64,000 nt of DNA, taken from the NCBI GenBank assembly GCA_030390025.1, contig CM059432.1, forward strand, positions 86,988,001 to 87,052,000, given 5' to 3'. A program made the translations under genes and the position numbers. This document shows positions 26,223-39,498 of this stretch, piece by piece. The notes beneath the pieces are model-generated. The model saw only the letters and a program-made list of their open reading frames with translations, searched no databases and was not told the DNA's origin. Numbering within the stretch: the stretch's first letter is position 1; the number at the start of each line of letters is the position of its first letter. The stretch comes from Squalus acanthias. Its lineage: Eukaryota.

Positions 26223-26728
26223 GCTGGAGGTGGGGTGGGTGGGAAATTTGAAATATCTTGCAGCGGGTCGGGATCCCGCCCCCATGCGCCTTTCCCTTGG
26301 GTGCGTTTCCCGGCGTGGCAGCGACCTGAACGACAGAGGCGGGCGAGCTAATTTAAATCATTATTAGGTACTTGTCAGACACTTAAGCGCCTTTTTCACC
26401 CTACCTTTCAAATTTCACTGGATGAGCACGGGAATCACGCAGCTCGAGAACCACTTCTGTGAACCTGAGGCGGAGGTTGAGTGGCCATTGATCCACCTCA
26501 TTAGTGCACAGCATGAAAAGTACAATAAAAACTCCTACCTGACAGCTGGTCACTATGCTAAGGCAGATGCTGTTGCTGACTGCATTGTCAGCACAGATTT
26601 AGCTTTCTGGAGATTGCAAGTGTTTCCAGCAACGTCGGCATCCAGTGTCACCTCAGTGGTAGAACCTATTACACCATTGACAGATTGCTTCTGTCGGCTC
26701 TACTTGACCTGCCATCTATTAGATAAGC

Positions 26729-27900
26729 ATGGGTGCCATTTATACTCTCTCACCTTGGTCCTCAGAATCGGACCACGATGAGCCCCAACACCAGCAGCAC
26801 CAACAACAACACCATCAACCTTCTCCTCAACCACCTGATGCTGCACAGGACAGAGGGCATCAGCATGGGGCTGCACTGTGCTGGAGGCGATACCCCCAAC
26901 ACAGGGCATACAGGAGGAGGATGAGCTTCCTCACCATGACGGAGTAGCTGTGCCAAAGGAAGCTCAGGGTATTGCTTCAGGTCATTGCAGACATTTGCAC
27001 ATTGCTGGAGGAAGACCTGCAGCCCAGAGGAGCTGGTGGACATGCCTTACCAGTGGCTGTCAAAGTCACCAGCGCCCTCAACTTCTTCACTCAGGCTCCT
27101 TCCAAGGATCTGCATCAGACATTTGCGGCATCTCGCAGTCGGCCGCTCACAGATGCATCACACAGGTCACTGATGCCCTCTTTGACAAGTTAGCCAATTA
27201 TATGAACTTTGCCACTGATGAAGCCAGTGTTACTGAGCGGGCGTTTGGCTTTGCCGCTCTGGCTGGCTTCCCAGGGATGCAGGGCATCATTGACTGCATA
27301 CATGTGGCCATCAGGGCACCCCATCATCACCCAGGAGTCTTTGTGAACCGCAAGGGCTTCCACTCCCTCAATGTGCAGCTCATCTGCAACCACAGGAAGA
27401 TCACCATGCATGTGTGCACCAAATTCCCTGGCAGTTGCCATGACTCTTTCATCCTGCGCCAGTCCACCCTCCTTCAGCTCTTTGCTCCTCCAAACAGACT
27501 TCCCGGCTGGCTGCTTGGAGACAAGGGCTATCCACTGAAGACGTGGCTCATGACACCCTTGAGGAGGCCAAGTACTGAGGCCCAGGAGAGATATAATGAA
27601 AGCCACATTTCCACCAGATAGGCATGCTGAAAATGCGCTTTAGATGCCTTGACAGATCTGGAGGAGCATTTCAGTAAGCACCAGCCAGGGTCTCCAGAAT
27701 CATCGTGGTCTGCTGTGCCTTGCACGACATAGCGCAGCAGTGAGGATTACCGCTGCATGAGGAGCAAAGCTCTGAGCACACAGCCTCTTCAGAGGAGGAG
27801 GAGCATCAGCTGGAAGATGAGGAGGAGGAGCAGGAGGAACCTGCAGTCCAGATCCCACCAGCACCTGAGCACATTGCTGCCCGGGAGGCCAGATTTACTT
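26729..27900 (+). pseudogene. Harbinger DDE transposase (HARBI1-like), disrupted
   Basis: [26 protein letters not shown] and GDKGY present; a small deletion removes the IEQT segment with the catalytic Glu; stops and frameshifts. Confidence 0.93.
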
Positions 27901-29350
27901 AACTTTATGTATTACACCCATATGGCTGCCACATGCTGTGCCAGATTGGCACCACCCCACAGCAACACCTTAAAGCATCTCTACAATGACCAAGCCATTC
28001 CTTTCACACTGACCACCATTGCTGGGGGTAACGTTATGTCTCACCATTCACTCCAACTCACTAAGCCACTTCCAAAGGTGCAGACAAATTTGTCCATGAC
28101 CAGAAAGTGCTGAAAATAAAGATTTTTATCTGTGACATCAGAGTAACGGAAACTTTACAGAAACATTAAATAAAACACCCAAGTGGCTACCCTTGTGAAT
28201 CTACTTGTGTTTCATCTTTCTCTTATGCGTGCTTCTATAAGCTGCTATCCCTGTGGCTTCAGCAGAGGTAGAGGTAGCCTGCTCACTTCCCTGCAGCGCC
28301 TGCACAGACCCTTTTGGCAGACGTCCTCTGGGTTTTGGAGCCTGTGATGGCCCCGCCTGCAACTGTGCAGGGGCAGACTCAGCCATCGTGATCCGAGGAG
28401 GCATCTGGGGCTCTGACAGAGGGGTGGGGGGGCAACGGGGGAGAAGTGTGTGCGCTTGGAGAGGAGCCCCCACTTCCATGTCCCCTCTCACCATCATCCC
28501 TCATGGGCCACCCGCACTTCCCTGCTAGCAAGGAGCTGGAGAGCACCTTGCTGCACAGCAGTGGGGCCATGAGGACCCACTTCTACATTGACTTCCCTCC
28601 TAGAGAGGACGTCTATGAGCCTCTGCCATCTATTCTCCATAGTTAGCCATCTATTTCCCATAGATAGCCATCTATTCTCCATAGAGACCATGTGCTCCTG
28701 TGAGTGGCGCATTAACTGCTACATGCAGGTGGCCATCCTTTCCATGGAAGAGCCTACAGTCGCCATTGCCTGCGACACGGTGGTGCTCATGTTGGAGATA
28801 GAATCCTCCATTCTCTGCACATTTGCAGATATTGCGGTTGCAAAACCTGTCAAAGCCTCCTGCACATCTTGCTCCACCTCCAGGATTGTCCTCTTTCTGG
28901 ATGGCCCCCAAGGCTCAGCGTCTGCATACAACTGAGCAGAGCTGGATGCATCCTGTGCCCTCCGGCGAGGAGTCTCCACTGCTGTCCCTGTCTCTACCAT
29001 CTGCTCTTGCTCACTTGTGAGTTGCGAGACACCAGGTGACAACACTACTCTAGCTCGCGTGGGACCCACCGAGGTGTGCGTATCTGTGCTGGTGCTGGGT
29101 GCGCTTATGTCTGGTGACGGTGCGCCCTCAGAGGCTGGAGGCTCCTCTGAGGAGTCGTCTTCCTCTTCCTCCTGGACAGTGGGGGGGTGGGAGAGGTGGG
29201 GGTGGGGGGGGGGGGCTCTTGATGGACCTGAGAGAGAGTAAAGAGATGAGTTAGCTATGTCATATGAAGAATGGGTACAGATACCATTATGCACATGATG
29301 AACGTTCACTGGCTGCTGACATCAGTGCCCATATGAGTGACTGATGTATG

Positions 29351-30860
29351 AACATAAGAACATAATAAATAGGAGCAGGAGTAGGCCATTCGGCCCTTCG
29401 AGCCTGCTCCGCCATTCAATGAGATCAGGCTGATCTTCTGCCTCAATTCCATTCACCGGCCTTATCGCCATATCCCTTGATGCACTTACTAGTCAGAAAT
29501 CTATCGACTTCTGTTTTGAATATACCCAATGACTGAGCCTCCACAGCCCTCTGGGGCAGAGAATTCCAAAGATTCACCACCCTCTGTGTGAAGAAATTTC
29601 TTCTCATCTCAGTCCTGAACGGCCTACCCTTTATCCTGAGGCTGTGGCCCCTGGTTCTAGACTCCCCAGCCAAGGGAAACATTCTCCCAGCATCCACCCT
29701 ATCAAGCCCTGTAATAATTTTGTATGCTTCAATGAGATCCCCTCTCATTCTTCTGAATTCAAGAGAATACAGGCCGAGTTTACTCAATCTCTTCTCATAC
29801 GACAGTCCCGCCATCCCAGGAATCAATCTCGTGAATCTTCGTTGCACTCCCTCTATGGCAAGTATATCCTTTCTTAGGTAAGGAGACCAAAATTGTACAC
29901 AGTACTCCAGGTGTGGTCTCACCAAGGCCCTATATAATTGGAGTAAGACTTCTTTACTCCTGTACTCAAATCCTCTTATAATGAGGGCCAGCATACCATT
30001 TGCCTTCCTCATGGCTTGCTGCACCTGCACATTCACTTTCAGTGACTCATGTACAAAGACACCTAGGTCCCTTTGAGCATCTGCATTCCCCAATCTTTCA
30101 CCATTTAGGAAATACTCTGCCTTTCTGTTTTTTCTACCAAAGTGGATAACTTCACATTTATCCTCATTATAATCCACCTGCCATGTTCTCGCCCACTCAC
30201 TGAGCCTGTCGAGATCCCCTTGAAGCCTCTTCACATCCTCTTCGCAACTGACACTGCCACCTAGCTTTGTGTCATCAGCAAATTTGGAAATGTTACATTT
30301 AGTCCCCTCATCCAAATCATTGATATAGATTGTGAATAGCTGGGGCCCAAGCACCGATCCTTGCGGTACCCCACTAGTCACAGCCTGCCATCCTGAAAAA
30401 GACCCGTTTATCCCTACTCTTTGTTTTCTGTCTGTTAACCAATTCTCAATCCATGCTAGTATATTACCCCCAATTCCATGTACCCTAATTTTGTTCACCA
30501 ACCTCTTGTGTGGGACCTTATCGAAGTCCTTCTGAAAATCCAAATACACCACATCTACCGGTTCCCCTTTGTCTACTCCACTAGTTACATCCTCAAAGAA
30601 CTCCAAAAGGTTTGTTAAACAGGACTTCCCTTTCATAAATCCATGTTGACTCTGCCCAATCTTACTATTAGTTTCTAAGTGCCCAGTTATTGCATTCTTT
30701 ATAATAGATTCCAGCATTTCCCCAACTACTGATGTGAGGCTAACAGGTCTGTAGTTCCCCGTTTTCTCGCTCCCTCCTTTCTTTAATAGCGGGGTTACAT
30801 TTGCTATCCTCCAATCTGCAGGAACCGTTCCAGAATCTATAGAATTTTGGAAGATGACAA
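29351..30860 (-). mobile_element. 5'-truncated CR1 with an uninterrupted RT frame, inserted in Myb intron 2
   Basis: 485-aa ORF 29443-30900 with NYRPVSLTS, QGSVLGP, FADD; aacataagaacataa tail. Confidence 0.95.
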
Positions 30861-30885
30861 CCATGTAGCTATACGATATGTAATT

Positions 30886-31180
30886 AAAAAAAAAATTCAT
30901 TAATGGGTTATGGGTGTCGCTGGCAAGGCCAGCATTTATTGCCCATCTGTAATTGCTCTTGAGAAGGTGGTGGTGCGCCGCCTTCTTGAACCGCTGCAGT
31001 CCGTATTCTTAGCATACTTCTTTGTAGCAGTTTGGCACAACTGATTGGCTTGCTAGGCCATTTCAGAGGGCAGTTAAGAGTTAACCACATTGCACTGTGT
31101 CTGGAGTCACATATAGGCCGGGTAAGGATGGCAGATTTTCTTCCCTAAAGGACATTAGTGAACCCGATGGGTTTTTACAT
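30886..31180 (-). mobile_element. 5'-truncated SINE-like element sharing its 3' tail with the Zenon-like LINE
   Basis: 30886-31003 matches the LINE 3' end at 53210-53330; 31004-31180 does not match the LINE. Confidence 0.7.
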
Positions 31181-33273
31181 GTCAGGGAGAGTAAAGACAT
31201 GAGTTAAATATGCCATATGAAGAATGGGTACAGATACCATTATGCACATGATGAACATTCACTGGCTGCTGACATTAGTCCCCATACGAGTGACTGCTGT
31301 ATGCCATGTAGCTGTATGATATGTAATTCGGTCACCAGGTTGCTGAGATGTCCCCCTCTCTCCTTCTCCAACCTCCAGCTGCTCGGCAACTCCAGAGACT
31401 TCCAAGGCAGCCTCCTCTGCTGATGTTAGGGTGGCCAATGATGGACGGCCACCTCCGGTTCTCTCCCTCTCCCTCTCCCTCTTATTGTGGGCTGTTTTTT
31501 CCTGCAAGGAGGGAAAGAAGAGAAAGTTGAGTGAGAGTGGTGGAATGAGTGTAAGGAATGAATGGGTTATATCTGTAGAGGGTGCCTATGATGGCGTGGG
31601 GTGGCAATGCCAAGTGGCCTCCTTTGTGTTGTTAGTTGTTATGATTGCATTAGAATGAGGGTGAGTGTGAGGGGTGGCTAGTCAGATGGGATGTGATAAT
31701 GTAGATAGAGAGAGAGGGATGGGTGGGCGTGCAAGGTATGTTGGTGTAAGGATGTGCAGGAGCAGGGTTGGGAAGGCAGAGTGATGGGGATGTGATGAGA
31801 GGCACAGCAGGATGAAGTTGAGTGTGGCTTTGCACTCACCTTTCCTGATCTAATGAGATCATTGAAACATTTGTGGCACTGCACCCAGGTCCTCCTGACC
31901 ACACCCCTGCTGTTGACCTCCTCTGCTATTGGAGCCAGGCTCCTTTTGTCTCCTGGGGAGGTCTCTCTCGTCCCATTAGAAGGGAAGAGGACCTCCCTGC
32001 GTGCTCTCACTCCCTCCACAAGCATATGGAGGGAGTCATCGGAGAACCTGGGTGCACCCTCTGTCTCAGTGCAGTCATGTTTGGCACTCTTTGTAGCAGT
32101 CCAATTGTGCAGTGTGTTGCCTGCACTATCCTAGATGAACCTTCAGATGCAATGTGGCCATGGCTCCTTTAAATATCCCGGCTGAAAACGCGTCTTTGCT
32201 GACGTCATCAGACCCGTACCATTTAATAGGGCTGGGTAACGCGCAGAGTGGCCTTAATAGGCCCCATTAACGGAAAATTGATCTCAGGAGTGGCATGGTA
32301 TGAAGAACAGGGTCGTGACCAGCCACGGCAGCCACCCACACCCGACCCGCCCAGGTACAGAAAATTCTGGCCGAATTGTTTGAGTCTGCAGGACTAGAGA
32401 TAAGCAAACATAGTCCACATGTTTTAAAAAGGTGACAAATCTGATTCTGGCAACTACAGGCTCATTAACTTATCTTCAAACAAAATAATGGAAACCATTC
32501 TATAGACTCAGCTGGAGGACTTTCGAAATACCATTTTCTTAATAAGGAACCAGATACTGCCTGACAAATCTTGTCAATTTCTTTCAGCATGTTACAAAGG
32601 AAATGGAAATCCCTATAATAATTTATTTGGACTTTTAGAAAGCTATTGATAACGTGCCATGTGAAAGTTGTCTAATTAAACTAAAAGCTTGTAAATCCAT
32701 AGTGGAGCATAAGGCCAAGAAAATGTTGGTTTAAAAAATAGGGGCCTGAGTGTGCTACTGAGAGGCTTAGTGTCATTCTGAGGGGTGAGGGTGTTGAGTT
32801 GAATCTTTTGTGGGGTCAAGTGCTTGAACCACTGCTGTTTCTAATCTAAATAAATGATTTTGGATGCAAAAACCAATTCCTTGCGAATTTGCAAAGAACG
32901 CTATGGACAGGCAGAGAAATGACAATTAAAGATTTGTACAAGAATATCGATGACCACACAATGTGGCAGAAAAATTGCAAATGAATTTAATACTTACAAA
33001 TGCACATTGGACAAAGTGTACGATGGAAGTACAATGAGCAGAATTGAATTATCACAGGAGACCTGCAAAGGGACCTAGAAGTAATAATAGACTTGTTCCT
33101 TTCAATGTAGCAAAGTGATTAAAATTTAAAAAAACCAACAATATTGGGATATATAACCAGAATAGTAGAGTACCTGTATACCGAGGTTACGCTTACAATG
33201 CACTGGTCAGACCACACTTGGAGTGCAGTGTTCAATTCTGGTTATTATACCCAAAGAAGGATATACATGCATT

Positions 33274-35090
33274 GTCAGCTTGGCTCTGTTGATAGCACTC
33301 ATGCCACTTTCTAATCTAGGTTAATATTTCAATGCAGTATTGAGGGAGTGCAGCATTGTCAGAGGTGCCCTCTTTTGGATGAGACACTAAACCAAGGCCC
33401 CATGGCCTAGAAATTGGATATGGCCATGAAACGGGCAGTGCTAAGGCCCAACGATGTTAAGCTGCGCCAGGTCAAAATGGTCTAGGTAGCACGCAAAATT
33501 TGTGCTCAGTCCTCTTGAGGCACTGGTCGTGGCCGTGGAGATGAGGTGGGCTGTCTTCTTCCCACACACTCGCAGGAAGCCCTCGCCACACATCTCTCAA
33601 AGGCTCTGGCAGGAGATAGCTGCTTATGTGATGGCCAGCATTGTGGTCCACAGGTTGGTCGGCCAGTGCCGAAAGAAGTTTAATGACCTCACACAGCAGG
33701 TCAAGGTGAGTGAAGGCTTCAGAAAATGCCACATTCCACCATCTGCACTACAAGCCTCACACACTGCTCAATGCACCACACCCCCAGCACTCACCTACCA
33801 ACAATCTCTACCTAACACCACTCGTACCTCAGAATCATAGCTTCACTTCACCCTCATAACCTTACCACTGCTGCAACACTCACACTCACACCTTGCAGTC
33901 ATTGACAGCTATTCAACCATGCACATTGCTCCAATCTCACTCACACACTTCCCTTTCTCTTGCAGGCCAAGGTCACGCATAATCGGAGGGAGCACTGGCA
34001 GACAGGCGGGGGCAAGCTGCCATCCAGGACCTCAGCCAGCTGGAGGAGAGAGTGCTGGAGGTCATTGGACGGCAGATAATAGAGGCCGGGGCAACCGGCG
34101 AGGTTGAACCCCTTGGGGACAACAATGGTATGCTCATTCCTAATCCTTCTTCTCACATCCCACTTCCCCCTCATCCCACAATCTCTTCTCACTTTCAAGC
34201 TGTTGATGCTGTACGCATGCATATCTTGCTTCCCCCCCTCCCCTCACCATAACCCGACTCCTGTGTCTTTCTGCTTTCAGCTAATCAAGACCAAGCACCA
34301 GCGCAGCCTGTCCCCGAGGCGATGGAGGAGAGCGAGGGGGGAGAAGAATAAGACACAGCATCACTGCATCTGTCACTCGCAGACACCAGCTCAGAAACTG
34401 GCACTGCGCGTATTTTAGAGGCTAGTGTAGATGCGGGATCTGCACAGGGTGAGGCACTGGGCACGAGTGGGCTGCAGCAAGGCCAGGGGGAAAGGGTAGC
34501 TCGGGGGCCAGCTCCCAGGAAGGTGTTTTCGAATTGCAACAACACTCTCTGTTACCTTAGAAAGAAGTTAATAAAGCTGCTGGAGTTGCAGAAAGTTGCA
34601 CAGAGCCAGTCAAACTGAAGAAACATGTCAGGTGCAAGTAGTTGCTGATGATCCCTTTAAATACCACTGCTGGAGTCTCCTTCCTGCTGGTCAACGCTTG
34701 CTCAGCTCGTTGCACTTAAGGCATGCCGGTAAGTGGAGCGGCGAAGTCGCAACTCGCAGATTGGGCGCCAAGTGGGCGTTGCACACTCACTGATGTCACA
34801 ATCTGCATAATTTACATATCCCTAGCGAGCGCGGATATCGGCAATGCTACGGGCCATCTGCAGAACTCGTCGGCAACGGGTGGAAGAGCAGCAGCTGCCA
34901 TTTTTTTTGCCTGAATCTGGCGATAACGGGTGGCGCCAAATCCCCAAATTTCTGGTCACATCTGTCTGTTTGGATGGAGATAAAAGATTCCATAACAGTG
35001 ACACCATTACAGAAGTAATCTATTGATTGTAAAGCACTTTGGGATGTCTTAAGGATGTGATACGGTGCCATCTAAATGCAACTTCTTTAT
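33274..35090 (+). mobile_element. Deu-type SINE split by a Harbinger (33274-33403 and 34959-35090)
   Basis: Head and tail match 54733-55198; the junction ggccccCATctg is restored when the Harbinger is removed. Confidence 0.8.
33404..34958 (+). mobile_element. Harbinger deletion derivative with Myb exons 1-2 and partial exon 3
   Basis: TSD CAT; degenerate TIRs GGCCTAGAAATT / AATTTCTGGTCA; QCRKKFNDL followed by gtgagt near 33706. Confidence 0.85.
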
Positions 35091-35559
35091 ATTGGAGAGG
35101 GTGCAGTGTAGAGTATCAAGAATGATCACAAATATAAAGGGAGAACTATAAGGAAAGATTAGAGAAGCTCAAATTCTATAGACTAGAAATAAGAAAGTTA
35201 AGGAGGACCTTAATGAGATATATAAAATATTGAATGGTATACATTACATAAATCTGGAATATTGAAAATATGTCAGACTTGTATGACCAGAGTACATACA
35301 TTTAAATTTGTGAAAAGTAAATTTAAAGCTGATGTATCAGAAAGAACTTCTTTACTCAAAGGGTGATACATATCTGGAATAATCTACCAGACAAGAGGTA
35401 TTCAAAATACAGTTAGATCATAGGCTGGGAGAGCAGTGATAAGTAGTACAAACTGAATGTTCTTCTTTCTTGTGTAAGCAGGCCTTTTTTCTCATTATGA
35501 CTGCATACTGTAAATACTGGTGTGCTTCTGGAATGTTGTTTGCTGTGTGTCACATAAAA

Positions 35560-35930
35560 GAAAGCCTTGCATTTGTATGGCACCTTATCATGTCTCCCAG
35601 CATTTCATTTATAACAAATTATAGTAACTGTTGTTATGCAGATAAACATGGCGGCCATTTTACTCAAAGAAAGGTCCCCAAACTGCATTGAGATGAATTA
35701 CTAGTTAAGCTGTTTTTGAATAGTGCTATGGGATCTTTAACATCTACCAGAATAGGCAGACAGGGCCTTGTTTTAACATTTCATTCAATGGTTAGAACTT
35801 CCAATGATACAGGGCTGTATTATGCTGCACTGGAGTGTCAGCATGAACTCTACAAAGTCATGCAATGCTGCTTCAATCCACAACCTTCTGGATCAGCAGC
35901 AAGAATAATGCCAACTGAGCCAAACTAATT
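35560..35930 (-). mobile_element. Degenerate Deu-type SINE
   Basis: Colinear with 25751-26222 (aatagtgctatgggatcttt...ccaactgagcc). Confidence 0.7.
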
Positions 35931-36657
35931 TTAGTTCATACACTGCTTTTTGTGCCTGTGGAACCCTATCCCAAACACTGTCATCACTTGGAACTCTAAA
36001 TTGCCCATTGGCATTGCTGTATTTTTTGTCTATGGTAACCATGTGACTCTATGGTGTCACATGATTAGTATATACCAATGTTGGGATTTGATTGCTCCTA
36101 ATCGATTTGCACAAGAACAAATATAGCAAACATTTCTTTTTAATTACTACTTTCATTTTTAACATTTGGTGGAAAAATTCGGTACCTTAGCGTCTCCTGT
36201 TAGCGCCAGCAGATGGTGTTAATGGAACACTAGAGCATTATCGCGGGGCGTGGCGAATCTAGCACCGCACACCAAATCCCGACCCCCTGCAGTTAACAGT
36301 TATTGCCGGGAGCCTCAACGCCAGGTGGATCGTGACATCAGCGAGTGTGCAACGCTCACTGACCACCCGATCTGCAAAATTGATTGTCGCCACCTACCTT
36401 AGTGCCTGGAGGAAACAGCGACAGGGAGAGCTGGTGTGAAGCAAAAGGAAGCCGGCTCCAGGGATGTTATTTAAAGGGATCATCAGTACTGAGTTGCAGC
36501 TGTAGGTTAGTGGAGTTTCAGTGCTTTCTTGTCAGTTTCACATAGTGCAACAGTCTCAGCCCATAATTTCAAGGTTATTTAGTATCAGTATTGTGGCAAC
36601 TAAAAAGTAGTACATTTATTCTTAAAAAAATCAAACTGCTACACTTGGTTACATTAA

Positions 36658-37826
36658 TGGGCGCTGTACTAGCAATCGACCTTGCCCTCCAGGATCTATG
36701 GCTGAGGGAACGGAGGCAGCGAGAAAGACTGGAACATGTGGCCAGAGGGAGGAGGAGGGCCATCAGGGCTCTCAAAAGGAGGCCTTACCCTCCGAGGGTA
36801 TTCTGAGAGCACTTTTCTTACCAGTGTATTAGGAGGCTCCACTTCACCAAGGAGGTGGTCACAGAACTCTGCCACCTCCTGCAACCAGACCTCCAGCCTC
36901 AGATCAGGGCGACCATGGCTCTCTCAGTGGCAGTCAAGGTCACTGACGCCCTCAATTTCTTCGCCAGTCGATCCTGCCAGTCTGCAACAGGAGACATAGC
37001 TAACATTTCACAGTTCGCCATCCATCGCTGCATCCGGGAGGTCACAGAGGCTCTCTACAGTAGGAGAAGGAACTACATTTCCTTCCCATCACCAGAGAGA
37101 AGCAGGACGAGCATGCATGTGGCTTTGCCAGGATAGCGGGATTCCCCATGGTGCAGGGCACCATTGACTGCACCCACGTGGCTTTGTGGGCACCTCATAA
37201 CAATCCTGAGATCTTCCGTAACCGCAAAGGCAACCACTCACTTAATGTGCAGTTGGTGTGCGACCACAGACAGCGAATCCTCAATGTCAATGCCCGCTAT
37301 CCAGCAACCACGATGCCTTCATCCTGTGCCAGACCGGTGTGCCAGCACTTTTCCAGCCACCACATCAAGCTCGCGGCTGGCTGGTCGGAGACCAGGGTTA
37401 TCCGCTCTCCACCTGGCTCATGACTCTCCTCCGCAACCCCACACTCCTGCCCAGCACTCATATAATGAGAGCCATGCTGCCACCAGGAACATCATCGAGC
37501 AGACCATCAGGGTGCTCAAGCAACGGTTCCACTGCCTTGACCGCTCGGGAGGAGCCCTCCAGTACTCGGCTGAGCGGGTGTCCCATTTCATGGTGATCTG
37601 CTGCATGCTCCACAACTTGGCCATCATGAGGGCCCAGCCCTTGCCACCAGGGATTGCGGGACCACCTCAGGAGGAGGGAGAGAAGGACGAGGAGGAAGTG
37701 GAAGATAAGGAGGACGAGGAGGAGGTGGAGGAGGAGGAAGAACAGGAGCGAGGGAGGAGGCAGCCACTCAATTGGCCTTCCGGAAGGGCAGTCCGTGACC
37801 GCCTCATCAGACTGCGGTTCCAATGA
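36658..37826 (+). pseudogene. Harbinger DDE transposase, frameshifted
   Basis: GTIDCTHV, GDQGY and IEQTI triad motifs; acidic tail ending RDRLIRLRFQ*. Confidence 0.93.
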
Positions 37827-37999
37827 ATTAAACCCCAGATCCCCGTTGCTCACCACATCCCCATCATTCCATCCCTGTCACAGGCCATATCACAGCACAA
37901 AGCTGAAATGAGACACACCACAAAAGAATCCAAACTGAATGAATAAATTTATCAATAATAAGTGAACACATATTTACAACAAAAATATTAACTATTTAC

Positions 38000-39498
38000 C
38001 GTTAGTGCCTCTCGTTACTGTGCCTTTGCCTACTCTAGTGCTCTTATGAAGTTTTGGCCCAGTGGCTGCAGCAGGCCTGGTGGAAGGCAGCTGAGTGTCC
38101 GTGCGGGAGACTTCAGATGGCCTTGCAGGACGCCCTCGGCCAGCACTGGACCTGGAAGGCCTGGCTGTACCTCAGCATGGGCGGCAGCAGTCCGGGCTGG
38201 CTGGATGACAGGCAGCGACAAGAGCAATGGTGGAGTGGCAGTGGTGGGAGCAGGAATGCTGTCATTCTGAGAGAGGACAGCAGATTCCTGCTCCACTGAC
38301 CCACTGCCACTGTGCAATGTTGGAGGCAGGCTCCTCCACGCTCCTTATCATTGCCGAGAGTCTCTCGGGCACCCTATGATCTCCGTGTGCATGCCCATCA
38401 CCCTTCTTCTAAAAGCCTCTCCATCGAGGTCCTCATCTGAGTCCCGTGCAGCAGAACTCACGCGCGAACGTGCCCTCCAGGGAGCTGGTCCCTGAGCTAT
38501 CCTTTCCCCTTGGCCTTGCTGCAGCCCACTCGTCCCCGGTGCCTCACCCTGTGCAGATCCCGCTACTATACTAACCTCTAAAGAACATGTAGTGCCAGTA
38601 TCTGAGCTGGTGCCTGCGGGTGAGATATGCAGTGACGCGTTGTGTTCTTCCTCCTCCTCTTCTCCCGCCTCGCTCTCAACGGTGCCCTCAGGGACAGGCT
38701 GCTCAGGTGTTTGCTCATTATCTGAAAGCATAAAGGCACAAGAGTTAGGTTATGGTGAAGGGAGGGGGGCAGGAAGGGAGAAATGCATGCATACAGCATG
38801 ATTAGCTGGAAAGTGCGAAACGCTTGTGGGGTGAGGGGGAAGTGGGATGCGAGAAGAAGGAGTAGGGATAAACATACCGTTGTTGTCCCCAAGGGGGTCA
38901 ACGTTGCCTGTGGCCACGGCGCCCACCACCTGGCGCCCAATAATCTGCAGCACTCTATTCTCCAGCGCAGACAGTGGTTGGGTGTCAGCTTGTCCCCCAC
39001 CTGTGCGCTCCTGCTCCCTCCTGTTGTGAGCCACCTTGGCCTACAAGAGAAAGGAAAGTGTGTGAGTGAGTCTGGAGCAATGTGTTTGGGTGATGTGCCT
39101 GCCATAGTTGAATAGCTGTATTGTGTGCAAGGTGTGAGATGTGGGTGTGAGTGTTGGTAGGTAGAGATTGTTGGTGGGTGAGTGCTGGGGGTGTGGTGCT
39201 TTGGGTAGTGTGTGAAGATTGTGGTAGAGATGGTGGTATGTAGCATTTGTTGAAGCATTCACTCACCCTGACCACCTGATTGAGGTTGTTAAATTTCTTC
39301 CTGCGCTGTGTGTGGGTCCTGGGGACCACAGTGCTGCACGAGACGTGCTGCGCTACCTCCCTCCACATGGTACGGAAGACTTGCAGTGAGGGCCTCCTGC
39401 TACTTGTCGGGTAGAGCACCGCCCTCCGTCTCTCCACGGCGAACACCAACGTCTCCAATGCTTGATCGCAGAACCTGCGGACTCTTTCCCCGGGCCAT
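38000..39498 (-). pseudogene. Harbinger Myb/SANT gene, 3 exons (39498-39267, 39040-38878, 38721-~38000)
   Basis: FCDQALETLV...WREVAQHV...THTQRRKKFNNL followed by gtgagt; AHNRREQERTGGG. Confidence 0.87.

Larger units (their letters stand above)
28201..32078 (-). pseudogene. Harbinger Myb/SANT gene, 3 exons (32078-31840, 31501-31336, 29227-28201)
   Basis: EVLFP...RTWVQCHKCFNDL followed by gtgagt; EKTAHNKRE..TGGG; C-terminal HKRKMKHK*. Confidence 0.88.
25715..32372. mobile_element. Full-structure Harbinger transposon (transposase on +, Myb gene on -, convergent) with three nested retroelements
   Basis: TIRs GGCCGGAATTTTCTG / CAGAAAATTCTGGCC; TSD GAA. Confidence 0.95.
32376..35465 (+). mobile_element. 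Ancient CR1 RT remnant (32376-33272 and 35091-35465; probably also ~25570-25714), host to later insertions
   Basis: Degenerate KGDKSDSGNYRL, CLTNLVNFF, LVRPHLECSVQFW, LERVQ and FFTQRVIHIWNNLP in CR1 order. Confidence 0.8.
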
